Assembly (NCBI RefSeq): GCF_964204645.1
Contig: NC_134036.1
Location: 8,036,812 to 8,100,811, forward strand
Direction of reading: 5' to 3'
DNA length: 64,000 nucleotides
DNA from: Tubulanus polymorphus
Lineage: Eukaryota > Animalia > Nemertea
The position numbers and the translations under genes were made by a program. This document shows, piece after piece, positions 50,598-61,494 of the stretch (within the stretch, counting starts at the first letter, position 1; each line of letters begins with the position of its first letter). Under the pieces are notes generated by a model, which did not search any database, had not been told where the DNA came from, and was given only the letters and a program-made list of their open reading frames with translations.

Positions 50598-51270
50598 TTT
50601 TAACTTTATCTTGTATAGAATTATTATTATTTGGAGGTTTATCTGGTTCATAAGGATTTGGTGTAGATTCCAATGAATTTGATATTGCTAAACCAATTGT
50701 TGTAAAAAACATAGTTACAGCTGTTAGAATTGAAAGAATTGTTATACCTTCTAACTTAAATAATAATCTTATTCTATCTTTCAATGATATTTTAGAATCT
50801 GGTTTTATTATTAAATCTTTAAAAATAACTTTTAATTTTTTAATATGATTAAGATCATATGATTTCAATAATATATCTCTTTCTTTTTCCTGCAATTCTT
50901 TGGTATATTTTAAATCATCAATTTCTTTTTCTAAAGATGACTTTCTGCTTTAATGTTCAGCTTCATCAATTACTTGAAGATCTCTATTTAATTCTAATTG
51001 TTTTAATTCTTCGTTAGCATCAGTTAATTCTTTTTCTAACATGGTATTTAAGAAAATCTCATCTTAATATTAGCAATTTCACCAGCTGATTCTTGCATAC
51101 CTTTAATTTCTCTACGTGCTTGTTGAGGAAATACTTTTAATTGTTCTTCATTTAAATCAAGTAATCTTTTTTTAATGAAGATTGCATTCGATTTGTTCCA
51201 GTTTCAGTACCAGGTGTATCTAAAATACTAATCATATCTTCTTCAAATGAATTCATTGTATCCAGTAAGT
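50598..51270 (-). pseudogene. Fragment of a diverged 484-aa gene homolog from another Polinton in reverse orientation
   Basis: LKVIFKDL.IKP.S.ISLKDR..LLFKLEGITILSILTAVTM shared with 61495-62949. Confidence 0.85.
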
Positions 51271-51425
51271 TATCTGTAACCGGCTGGTTGTTGTATCGGC
51301 AGGCTGGCTGGGGAACTAGCATTTACAGCAGCGGTACAGGAGTAATTAGAAAAGTGGGGTTTCATACCAGAGGGCGAGAGGGCGAGACACCACTCATCAC
51401 CACAAGTAATTTTTTTTCCTAATAA

Positions 51426-54400
51426 ATGGGGGAGAATGAACACCAACTAGAAAACAATAATGTCAATAAAAATCAATATTATTGTCAATATTGTAAAAAA
51501 TACATCGATACATCTCATAAAACACGACATGAAAAAACTGCAAATCATATAAAAAATGTAATAGATTTTGAAACTCCAGAAAATTCCATTGAAAGAAAAG
51601 AACGATTAGAAAATATGAATGTGGATGAAATAAAATGTGAAGTTTGTAATGAATTTATAGTAAAAAGGAATTATAATAGACATCTCGAATCACAAAAACA
51701 CCGCCAAAATTTGAGTAATAATGTTTTAGGAAAAGATTATTTTGATAATAAACCTCAACAAGTAAAAGAATCAACTTCAAAAACAAAATCCATTTCAAAT
51801 AAACCTTACATGGAAAATGTTAGAAATTATATTGATTCACTAGAAATAAAAGATACAATTGAAATTTTAGAAACATTACATAGTAAAATTGGTCCTGCAG
51901 CTATTATATTTAGATTTTTTAAAGGTACAACAATAGAAGATTATAGTACATTTAATGAAATAATAGAAAAAATACTAGATTTGATAACAGATGTTGAATA
52001 TCCAAAAATTAGTATCTCTGGGAAAGTAAGTTTTATAAAGTCAGAAGAAAAAATGAATTATAATATTCAAACACACTCTGAAGAAATAATTTCAAAAACA
52101 CAAATAAAAGAGAAGTTAGAAAAAATATTTAATGAATTTAAACGTCATATTGAAGAAAGATATTTTGAGGGTTCTGGCTTAACATTGAATGAAATTATAT
52201 ATTTAGATTTAAATGTTTATAATACAAAAAGGAATAAAACATCAAAAAGTAATAAAATGTTTAAAAATGATTCAAACTTTACAACAGAAAAGGATATTAA
52301 AGCATCATCTTATATTAAATTACCATTTACAACAAAAGCAGTAATAAATGTTCAAAATGAAGATAATAAATGTTTTCTATGGTCAATTATTAGTTGTTTA
52401 CACCAAACAGAAGATATGACGCATAGTTTTAGAATAACAAATTACCGGAAATATGAAACATTATATAAAATTGATCAATATCCAGTAACTATAAAAATGA
52501 TTCCTAAAATAGAAAAAATTAATAATTTAAAAATAAATGTATTTGAATTAATGCAATTACCAAAGACAAAAGGTGAAAATATTAAAGATTATACATTGGA
52601 AGCTTTATATTTAACAGAATATTATGATGATGAAAATGCTATAGATTTGTTATAATACAAAAAAGATGAAAATGAACATTATATGTGATTAAAACAAATT
52701 GATTTATTCTTTAGAACAACAGAAAGTGATCATCATCGTAAAATTTATCTATGTAGAAAATGTTTATCTAAATTTATGACTGAGAATACATTATTAAAAC
52801 ATAAAGAATTATGTGATAATAAAGATTTTTGTAAATTAATAATGCCAACAGAAAAAGATTATAAATTGAAATTTACTAATCATAAATTTAAAAATATTGT
52901 TCCATTTGTAATTTATGGGGATTTTGAATCGTTGAATAAAGAATTAACTGATCAAGATAGAAAAGAAATATATAACAAAAAGCAATTATTAAAATCAATG
53001 GATAAAGGAAATGAATTAAATGAAGACACAATACAAGACCCACCAATTATAAACACAATTAAAAAAGTTCATCAAAGAGCTGCTGCTTATGGAATTTATA
53101 TAAAATCAAATTATCCCGAATTATATGAAAGTCAATATATTTCTTTTAGAGGTGAAAATGTAGTTAATGATTTTTTTGATAAAATTATTGAATTAGAAAG
53201 TGATTTTGCAAAATTATTAAACAAAAATAAAAGAATAGTTATGACAAAGGAAGATGAAATTGATTTTAATTATGCAACTCATTGTTGTTATTGTGAAAAA
53301 CGTTTTTATTCATTTGATAAAAAAGTTAGAGATCATAATCATTTAAATTCAAAATATCGTGGAGCTGCTCATGAAGATTGCAATTTACAAGCTAAAAAAG
53401 TAAATTTTGTACCAATATTATTTCATAATTTATCTGGATATGATACTCATCTATTTATAAAACAATTATCGGGAAAATTGGGTGCAATTAATCAAGAAAT
53501 AGAAGAATATAATACTATGAATGGTGTAAATGTAAGAAAATATGATTTTAAACTATTAGCTAAAACATCTGAAAATTATATTTCATTTCAATTTGGTTGC
53601 ATTAGATTTTTAGATTCTTATAGATTTCTAGCAAGTTCATTAGATAATTTATCAAAAAGTTTAGTTGATAATGATTTTGTTATAACTCGATATTATTATC
53701 CAAATGAACAAGATTTTAAATTATTGAGATATAAAGGCGCAATTCCTTATTCATTTTATAAAACACATGATGATTTTAATGTAACAGAATTATTAAAAGA
53801 TCAATTTTATGATAAATTAAAAGAGGAGTATGTGAAAGACGAAGTTTTTAATAGAACATTAAATATTTGGAACCATTTTAAGATGAAAAATCATGGCGAA
53901 TTAGTTGATTTATATTTAAAATCAGATGTTATGATATTGGCTGACATATTTGAAAAATTTAGAGAAGTTAATTTGAATCATTTTAATGTTGATCCTTGTT
54001 ATTGCTACTCTAGTCCTGGTTTAACCTGGCAATGTGGTTTAAAATATACAAATGTAGAATTAGATTTATTAAAAGAACCAGATATGGTTTTATTATTTGA
54101 AAAATCAATTAGAGGTGGAATTAGTGGTGTTATGGGAGATAGGTATTTTAAAGCAAATGATGAATATAAATTATTATATATTGACGCCAATAATTTATAT
54201 GGTTGGGCAATGATGCAACCTCAACCATATAAAAATTTTATATTAACAGAAGTTGAAAATGGTGATAAAACTGATTGGGAAAGCGCAATTATTAGTTTAA
54301 AAGATGAAGCACCAATTGGTTATTTCTTTGTAGTTGATTTAGAATATCCTGAAAATATAAAGTTTAAAACAAGAAACTTACCTTATTGCCCAGAACATTT

Positions 54401-56497
54401 AACTGTAGATGATAGTTATTTAAGTGAATACCAGAAGAAAATAAAACCGAAAGATCATGTTTTTACAGAAAAATTAATACTTACTCAAAATAATAAATAC
54501 AATTATATTGTTCATTATAGAATGTTAAAATTTTATCTAAAACAAGGAATGAAATTAAAGAAAGTACATAGATATATTGAATTTAATCAATCGAAGTGGT
54601 TAGAAAAATATATAGATTTCAATACTCAACAGAGAACCATATCAAAAACAGATTTTGAAAAAGATTTCTTCAAATTAATGAATAATAGTTTTTATGGTAA
54701 AACATGTGAAAATATTCGTAATAGAAACGACATTGAATTAGTGAATAATTCTGAAAGATTAAGACATTTACAATCAAGTCCTAGACATTTAGGAAATAAG
54801 AGGTTTGAGGATTATTTAACCGCGGTAAAATTAAAAAGAACGTCCATGAAATTTAATAAACCAATATTTATAGGTTCGACTGTTTTGGAAATTTCAAAAT
54901 TATTGATGTATAATTTTTATTATAATGTTTTGCAACCACTTTTTGGGGAAAAACATATAGAAATCTTATATTTTGATTCTGTTACAGCAGACACCCCAAT
55001 ATTATTAAAATGTAATGATAAAATATTGGTAAGAAGAATTTCAGAAATAATTCCAAAACAAAATGAATGTTATATTTCATGTGGTGAAAAAGAACTAATA
55101 CAAATAAATGGTTTAATGGATGTTTCGACGAGAAATGGATGGAAAAAATTAAAGAATATTATTAGGCATAAAACAAATAAGAAAATCTATAGAGTTAGAA
55201 CTAAATTAGGATTTGTTGATATTACTGAAGACCATAGTTTAATTAAACAAAATGGTGATGAAATAAAACCAACTGATATAACAATTGGAGATGAATTATT
55301 ACATAAAAGATTTTTCCCAAGAATGAATCATATGTCATTTGATGAAATAATTGATAATATTTATAATATAGAACCTGAAACATTAGAAGAAAAAGAATAT
55401 TTTATCAAAGGATTTTTCATGGGTGATGGTTCAGCAGGTGTGTATAATTATGTTAATCGCACTCAATATCGTTGGTATTTATGCAATCAAGATTTGAAAT
55501 TATTAGAAAGAATAAAGAAATTTTGCGAAGAAGTTTATTCACATAAAACATTTAGAATCATGGACCATATGAAATCATCCGCGGTTTATAGAATATTTGT
55601 AAATAATCCTAAAGATTTTGCTACAAAATATAATGATGAATTCTATATTCATGCAATAGTGAAAAGTAATACTTCAACAAAAGAAAAGATAGTTCCAGAT
55701 TATGTATTGAATGCAAAAAATAATTTAAGAAAGTGGTTCTTCATTGGATTCTATGCCGCAGATGGTTCAAAAAGGTTCCAAACCGCAAAACAATATCCTT
55801 TGCTCAAAAAGGAAAATTTGCTATATCAGGATTGAATATATTATGCAGTTCATTAGGATTTAATATGAATATAGAATTAATTAAATCTAAACCAAATTGT
55901 TTTAATTTAAGGCATGTAGAAAAAGAATTAACAGAAGAAGTTAAAGATTTATTTGAAATATATAACCCAACTGACTATGTTTATGATTTATCAACAGATG
56001 ATGGAACATTCAATTCTGGGTTCCCATTAATCCAAACAAATACTGACAGTTACATACTAAAAATCAAGACAAATGATATAACAAAAGTCTTAAAAACATT
56101 AAAACATTATTTTGATTTTAGCAATTACCCCAAAGATCATGAATTGTTTAGCAATGATAATAAAAAGATTCCTGGTAAATTTAAAGATGAATTAGGAGGT
56201 GATGAAATGATTGAATTTGTTGGGATAAGAAGTAAAATGTATAGTTACAGAACAAAAGATCATGAAGCTAAAAAGTTAAAAGGAATAACAAAACATGTGG
56301 TTGATAAACATATAGAATTTCAAGATTATATAAAGTGTTTATATAACTCAATTGTAATGAAACACAAGATGAATTGTTTAAGATCAGAAGATCATGAGAT
56401 GTACATTAATGAAGTTGAAAAAACTAGTTTAAATCCATTTGATGATAAAAGGCATATTTCAGATGATGGTATAAAAACATTACCTTATGGCCATTAA
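51426..56497 (+). pseudogene. pPolB with intein; two premature stops (~52653, ~52686) and one frameshift (~55775)
   Basis: ORFs 51426-52655, 52776-55835 and 55733-56497 join into one polymerase with all exonuclease and polymerase motifs. Confidence 0.95.
54978..56041 (+). mobile_element. Intein with LAGLIDADG endonuclease (1-bp deletion near 55775)
   Basis: YFD|SVTADTP...DITEDHSL...GFFMGDGS...GFYAADGS...YVYDLSTDDGTF...IQTN|TDS; 1064 bp versus 1065 bp in element 1. Confidence 0.95.
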
Positions 56498-57805
56498 AAC
56501 ATAAAATCAATATCATCATACTCGAAATCACTATTAGCTTCTTCATTTTCATTTAATTGTTCAGGTTCTTCTTCCATTCCATTTTTCTCATTTAAATAAA
56601 GTTTTATCTTTTTCCACATTTCATCTCGCTCTCTTTGTTTCTTTTTGTTTGTTAATTCATCAAATGGAATTATAATATCTAGGTTTAAATAATTTACAAT
56701 CTTATTTAAAAAGAATTCATAATTTATTGAATCTGTTATTCTATTTTCCAAATGATACATTAATATTTGTTTAAATATTTTTTTTATATTTTCCATATCT
56801 TCTTCTGTTAATTTAGGTTTTTCATAATAATCGTTAAATAATAAATATAAATACATTTTCTTTTGTTTTGTGTTAAATGTTGGTGGAATAATTGTTTTTA
56901 TAATATCTTTTTTAGTTATTTCACCATTTTTATTTTCTATTATTTTCATTTTTTCAAGCCATTGCATATATTCTGGTGTATGATCTTCTATAGAAAATAT
57001 TTTAAAAATTTCATCAAGATAATTTAATTTTGGATCTATGAGAAAATCTCTAGTTTTTTCTTCACCCCATAAATTCCTTTGCCATCCACAATCAACACAA
57101 AATAACACAGTACCTTCTTGTCTTAAGGTCGTATAATAACATTGTGGGCATTTTTGTTTATAATTTACTGGTAATAGATCTTCATTAAGCTCTTGGTATT
57201 TTCTTACGTTTTCTTTATGTTTTATTGTTCTATTATGTAGATTTGAATTACTTGTTGTAATAATCAATTTACAATATTTACAATAATATGTTTTTCTTGT
57301 TAATTCATTATATTGTTTTTCTAACTTTTCAACTGTTTCTTCATTATCTGGTAATGTTTTCTCATATTTTATTTTTTCTAATAAATTATTTTTTCTTGCA
57401 TTGAATTCAGTTTCAAATTTATTAGAAATTTTATCTATATGTACTTAACGAAATTGATGATTCTCCCAATCTTCTATATTTTCAGGGTTATATTTTATTC
57501 GACAAGGCTCACAGAAATGATCTTTTATATTATCCTTATCATAGAATAAGAAAGGTCTTTTCCAAATAATTTCAGGTTCATTCAGAATTATTATTACTTT
57601 CGTTACTGTCAACATTAACTATTAAGTTATTATTTTTACACTTCTCTGAATGTTTTTTGAAATAATTTCTTGAGAATGTTTTATTACAATTTGGACAGTT
57701 TATTTTAGGGGGTTTATAATTTTCATAATGTTTTTTCATATGTCGAGCCATATTACTTTTTCTTAGAAGTTCACCACAAATTTCACATGCTATCTTCTCA
57801 TCCAT
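56494..57805 (-). pseudogene. Zinc-finger plus VLTF3-like late transcription factor gene (frameshift ~57580, stop ~57446)
   Basis: Comparison with element 1 shows that 57578-57805 and 56494-57267 belong to one ancestral ~435-aa ORF. Confidence 0.65.
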
Positions 57806-57873
57806 TTATTTAGGAAAAATTTTATTAAAATTAATTTTTAGTGATGAGCGGTAATATTTTTATGTTATAAATA

Positions 57874-58626
57874 ATGGTAGAATTAAAAGAATACAGAATA
57901 TTTGTTGATTCTAGAAAACTTACAAATTATAAATCTCATAATTTACTAATACAATTAGATAGAGAATTCAAGAATTGCGTTGATTTAAAATTAGTAAATA
58001 TAAGTTTATGTAATTCTTTTTACAATGTAACGGATAAAAGTCTTGAACATTTAATTTTTTCAATCTTTTATAAAAAAAGGAATAAATGGTTTTTTATATA
58101 TTTAAAACCAGGATTATATAATTTAAATACATTAGCACAAGAAATTAATAGAAAAGCTCGAGCTAAATTAGGAAGTGATTCTGGATTTAATATTAGAATT
58201 TTAAAAAGTGCTAGTTCTAATAAAATAAAGATTAGGTTAGACGAACAATTTAAATTTACAGTAAGAAAACCTTTAGGTAAACTGTTAGGAATTAACCCAG
58301 ATATTGTTACAGCATACGCAGAAGGTAAATCAAACTTAATACCTTTTACACATTTTTATATTTATTGCAATTTAATCGATCCTACAAAAACATTCGAAGC
58401 AACTAAAGATATAACTTGTAATTCTGGTTTACTAAACATTTTACCATTGAAGAATGTTAAAGAATTTGGAACGCAAATAAATTATAATTTAACAGAATGT
58501 GATTTCAAACCTTGTATTCCTCAATTTAATAATTTTAAATTAGAAATAAGAAATCATAATGGATACTTAATTGATTTGAATAACTTTCCTGTAATTTATG
58601 AATTAGTTATAAGATGTAAAGAGTAA
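57874..58626 (+). CDS. Minor capsid protein (penton)
   Basis: 250 aa, homolog of 12164-12922. Confidence 0.8.
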   Translation: MVELKEYRIFVDSRKLTNYKSHNLLIQLDREFKNCVDLKLVNISLCNSFYNVTDKSLEHLIFSIFYKKRNKWFFIYLKPGLYNLNTLAQEINRKARAKLGSDSGFNIRILKSASSNKIKIRLDEQFKFTVRKPLGKLLGINPDIVTAYAEGKSNLIPFTHFYIYCNLIDPTKTFEATKDITCNSGLLNILPLKNVKEFGTQINYNLTECDFKPCIPQFNNFKLEIRNHNGYLIDLNNFPVIYELVIRCKE

Positions 58627-58642
58627 TTTTTCACCTATATAA

Positions 58643-58999
58643 ATGAATATAACTGTTGGACCGAGTATATGTTTTGGGTTTGATTTTAAACGTGAGAAAG
58701 AAATGAAATTTAACATTAATGATGTAATAACACATATCAAAAATATTGCATTTTCTAATGAAACAACATTTGAGTATGAAACAACAATAGATAAAGAAAC
58801 TTTAAATGTAGAAAAGATTATTAATTTAATTAGAGAATCTTTAAGATTTTATGAATTAGATGAAGATTTTATCATCGATGATATTAAAAAAATAATAATT
58901 GAAATATATACAAATGAAACTAGTAATAAAATAAATGTTGAATTAATCATAAATAAGTTAACTAAATATTTTGATGATAGTAATTTTTTTGATAAATAA
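58643..58999 (+). CDS. Hypothetical acidic protein (118 aa)
   Basis: TAAATG start; abuts the next gene; conserved in element 1. Confidence 0.75.
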   Translation: MNITVGPSICFGFDFKREKEMKFNINDVITHIKNIAFSNETTFEYETTIDKETLNVEKIINLIRESLRFYELDEDFIIDDIKKIIIEIYTNETSNKINVELIINKLTKYFDDSNFFDK

Positions 59000-59221
59000 A
59001 TGAGTGATAATAAGTGGATAATAACTGGATTATATAATGGTGCATTACTATCAGTGGGAACTGTTGGTTATTCAATGGTATTAAAAAAAGTATTCAAAAT
59101 GGGAAGTGTTAATGTTGATAGATTTGATATAAATGATATTTTAAAGTTAACATTAGCAGTTACTTTATCTAATTTAACTATTGATTATTTGGAAAAACAA
59201 AAATATATTCCTCCCATATAA
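59000..59221 (+). CDS. Small hydrophobic protein (73 aa)
   Basis: Homolog of 13298-13519. Confidence 0.8.
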   Translation: MSDNKWIITGLYNGALLSVGTVGYSMVLKKVFKMGSVNVDRFDINDILKLTLAVTLSNLTIDYLEKQKYIPPI

Positions 59222-59246
59222 ATGCATATTTTTTTTTGCTAAATAA

Positions 59247-59669
59247 ATGGCTTCTGCAATTATAACTATTATAGGATCGACAATTGTTAACGCTTTAGCA
59301 TTTACTGGTGGTGGTTATTTATTTAAACATATTGATAAAAATAGTTCATTAGGAGAACAAAGAAGACATAACTTAGCGTTAGAGAAATACAATAAAGCTG
59401 CAGAAGAATATAGAGAAAAGAGGCAAAACTATATGGATTACATCAATAAAGAATTATATGATCAGAAGATTTCACATAGAGATTTTCAATCAGTTGATGA
59501 TGCAATGAGTTTATATAACGCAGTAACCAATAAAGAAAAATTACATCTATACAAACCTAAATTATCAGATTATTATACCCCAAGTAAAGAACAACAGAAA
59601 TATGAAATAATATGGATTTTAGGTGGAACAGTTATTGTTATATTTGTTGCTTATAAATTTACTAATTAG
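59247..59669 (+). CDS. Protein with hydrophobic termini (140 aa)
   Basis: Homolog of 13544-13966. Confidence 0.8.
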   Translation: MASAIITIIGSTIVNALAFTGGGYLFKHIDKNSSLGEQRRHNLALEKYNKAAEEYREKRQNYMDYINKELYDQKISHRDFQSVDDAMSLYNAVTNKEKLHLYKPKLSDYYTPSKEQQKYEIIWILGGTVIVIFVAYKFTN

Positions 59670-59688
59670 TAATTTTTTTTCTAAATAA

Positions 59689-60123
59689 ATGGAAGATAAA
59701 GTTGATAGTATTGATATTATTCCTCATAATATAAATAAAACTAAATTAAAAACATATTTAGAAAAACAAATATTAGAATTTGAAAGTGACTTAAAGATAA
59801 AAAAGAAAAAATATTTAAAAAGTAAAATTATATATTATCTTATTATAAGTGGTTCGGTTACAATTAGTTCTGTAATAACATTTTTAGCAATATTCAGTCC
59901 ATTAACACCTTTAGCTATATCAATTGGTGTGTTAGGATTAAGTTCAAGTGTTTTAACTGGTATAAGTTCAAAATTAAATATAAAAAGTAATAAAGAAAAA
60001 ATAAAATCTAATATAAAAGAAATTAATAAATTAAAGAACACACTAGATTATATAATAAGTTTAAATGGTCATATAACAGTTGAAGAACAAGATAAATTAT
60101 TAAAAGAATTAGTTAATTATTAA
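59689..60123 (+). CDS. Two-TM coiled-coil protein (144 aa)
   Basis: Homolog of 13986-14411. Confidence 0.8.
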   Translation: MEDKVDSIDIIPHNINKTKLKTYLEKQILEFESDLKIKKKKYLKSKIIYYLIISGSVTISSVITFLAIFSPLTPLAISIGVLGLSSSVLTGISSKLNIKSNKEKIKSNIKEINKLKNTLDYIISLNGHITVEEQDKLLKELVNY

Positions 60124-60140
60124 TTTTTTTAGTTATATAA

Positions 60141-61478
60141 ATGGGGTTTCCAAAAGCTTTCCAATATAATAAATCACATGAATATTATAAATATAATACT
60201 CCAGCAATAGATTTTAGTAACATGATAATATATAAAAATTTAGTTTTACCTTCATTGATTAATTTAGAAATTTATGTTACTGAAACAAACTATTTTATTT
60301 CTAAAATGGAAAATATATTTAATACATATGAAGTTACTTTTACTCGAGATGAATATAATATATATAAAGTAAAATCTAATATGAAATATTGGCAGAATCA
60401 ATTAAATTTTGCTGTTCATTGTGCAACAGCTGGTTGTGGTGTAAGTTGGCATGATCACTTGAATAACTTAGATAAAAATTTGAAATATTCTGATTTAAAA
60501 TTCATTCATACAATATTTAGATTTCATGTATACTTTCAAATTAGAATTATATTAAATGAATTAGAATGCCCTTTACCTGGATCAAAATATTTTAAAGAAT
60601 TAGATAATAATATTAATCTATCTAAGTTTTATAAAATATGTAATGAATTTAATATAAATATTAATTTCGATTTTAGAGCGCATGGTAAATTGCAAGGTGT
60701 CGGTGAACAGTATGAAATAAAAAGAATTGATTATATGCATAGAATTGGAGCTTATCATAATTATAAAATTAATAATAATAATGGTTGGGTTTATTTTATT
60801 GAATCTTATAGTGAAGGATTTACAAAACCCGGTATACAAAGAATAAATCAATCAATTAGAACTTATTTGATATGTATTTTAGGTGCACAAGTTGAAACAA
60901 GATCACCAATAGTTGGAAATAATAGTACTTCATTTGATGCGCAGAAACAATTCAAAGTATTATTTGAAGATTCCATTCATAATGATAAAAATAGATCGAT
61001 TCCAGAAAACATTGTAAGATATCAAAATTATTTAGATAAATCACATATTAGATTAAATTATTGTATAGGCCCTAATCTATTAATTATTTCTAATGATTTA
61101 GTATTAAAGATGGGAAACATAATTGGTTATAATAATCTAATTAAAACTGCAACAATAAATAATTCAATTGGATTAAATGATATAAATAAAAAGATTATTA
61201 CTGCTCCAAAATTAATGGAAGGTGAAAAAAATAAAAAACATATTCAATCAATAGAAACTAAAACTAATAATATTAAATTAAATAATGATTCCAAAATAAA
61301 AGATTACAATACTATAGAAAATGGTGCCGTACGGCACCCACACGGTGATATTAAAACCGATAAAATTCAACATGATATAATTAAACTAAATGATGATAAT
61401 AAATCCCATGAAAATACTAAATTAGCTATAACTTGTATAGGAATTGTAATCGGAGGAATATTATATTTTAAATTTTAA
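60141..61478 (+). CDS. Uncharacterised Polinton protein (445 aa) with C-terminal TM anchor
   Basis: Long intact ORF; QLNFAVHCATAGCGVS; ends LAITCIGIVIGGILYFKF. Confidence 0.85.
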   Translation: MGFPKAFQYNKSHEYYKYNTPAIDFSNMIIYKNLVLPSLINLEIYVTETNYFISKMENIFNTYEVTFTRDEYNIYKVKSNMKYWQNQLNFAVHCATAGCGVSWHDHLNNLDKNLKYSDLKFIHTIFRFHVYFQIRIILNELECPLPGSKYFKELDNNINLSKFYKICNEFNININFDFRAHGKLQGVGEQYEIKRIDYMHRIGAYHNYKINNNNGWVYFIESYSEGFTKPGIQRINQSIRTYLICILGAQVETRSPIVGNNSTSFDAQKQFKVLFEDSIHNDKNRSIPENIVRYQNYLDKSHIRLNYCIGPNLLIISNDLVLKMGNIIGYNNLIKTATINNSIGLNDINKKIITAPKLMEGEKNKKHIQSIETKTNNIKLNNDSKIKDYNTIENGAVRHPHGDIKTDKIQHDIIKLNDDNKSHENTKLAITCIGIVIGGILYFKF

Positions 61479-61494
61479 TTTTTTCATTATGTAA

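Noticed and set aside
52650-52690. Stop-codon readthrough or an alternative genetic code
   Set aside because: Stops fall at different positions in each copy and replace different amino acids (Tyr, Trp, Lys, Glu), as expected for random decay
55733-55835. Programmed ribosomal frameshift in the intein
   Set aside because: Element 1 is in frame at the same site and this copy has other inactivating stops
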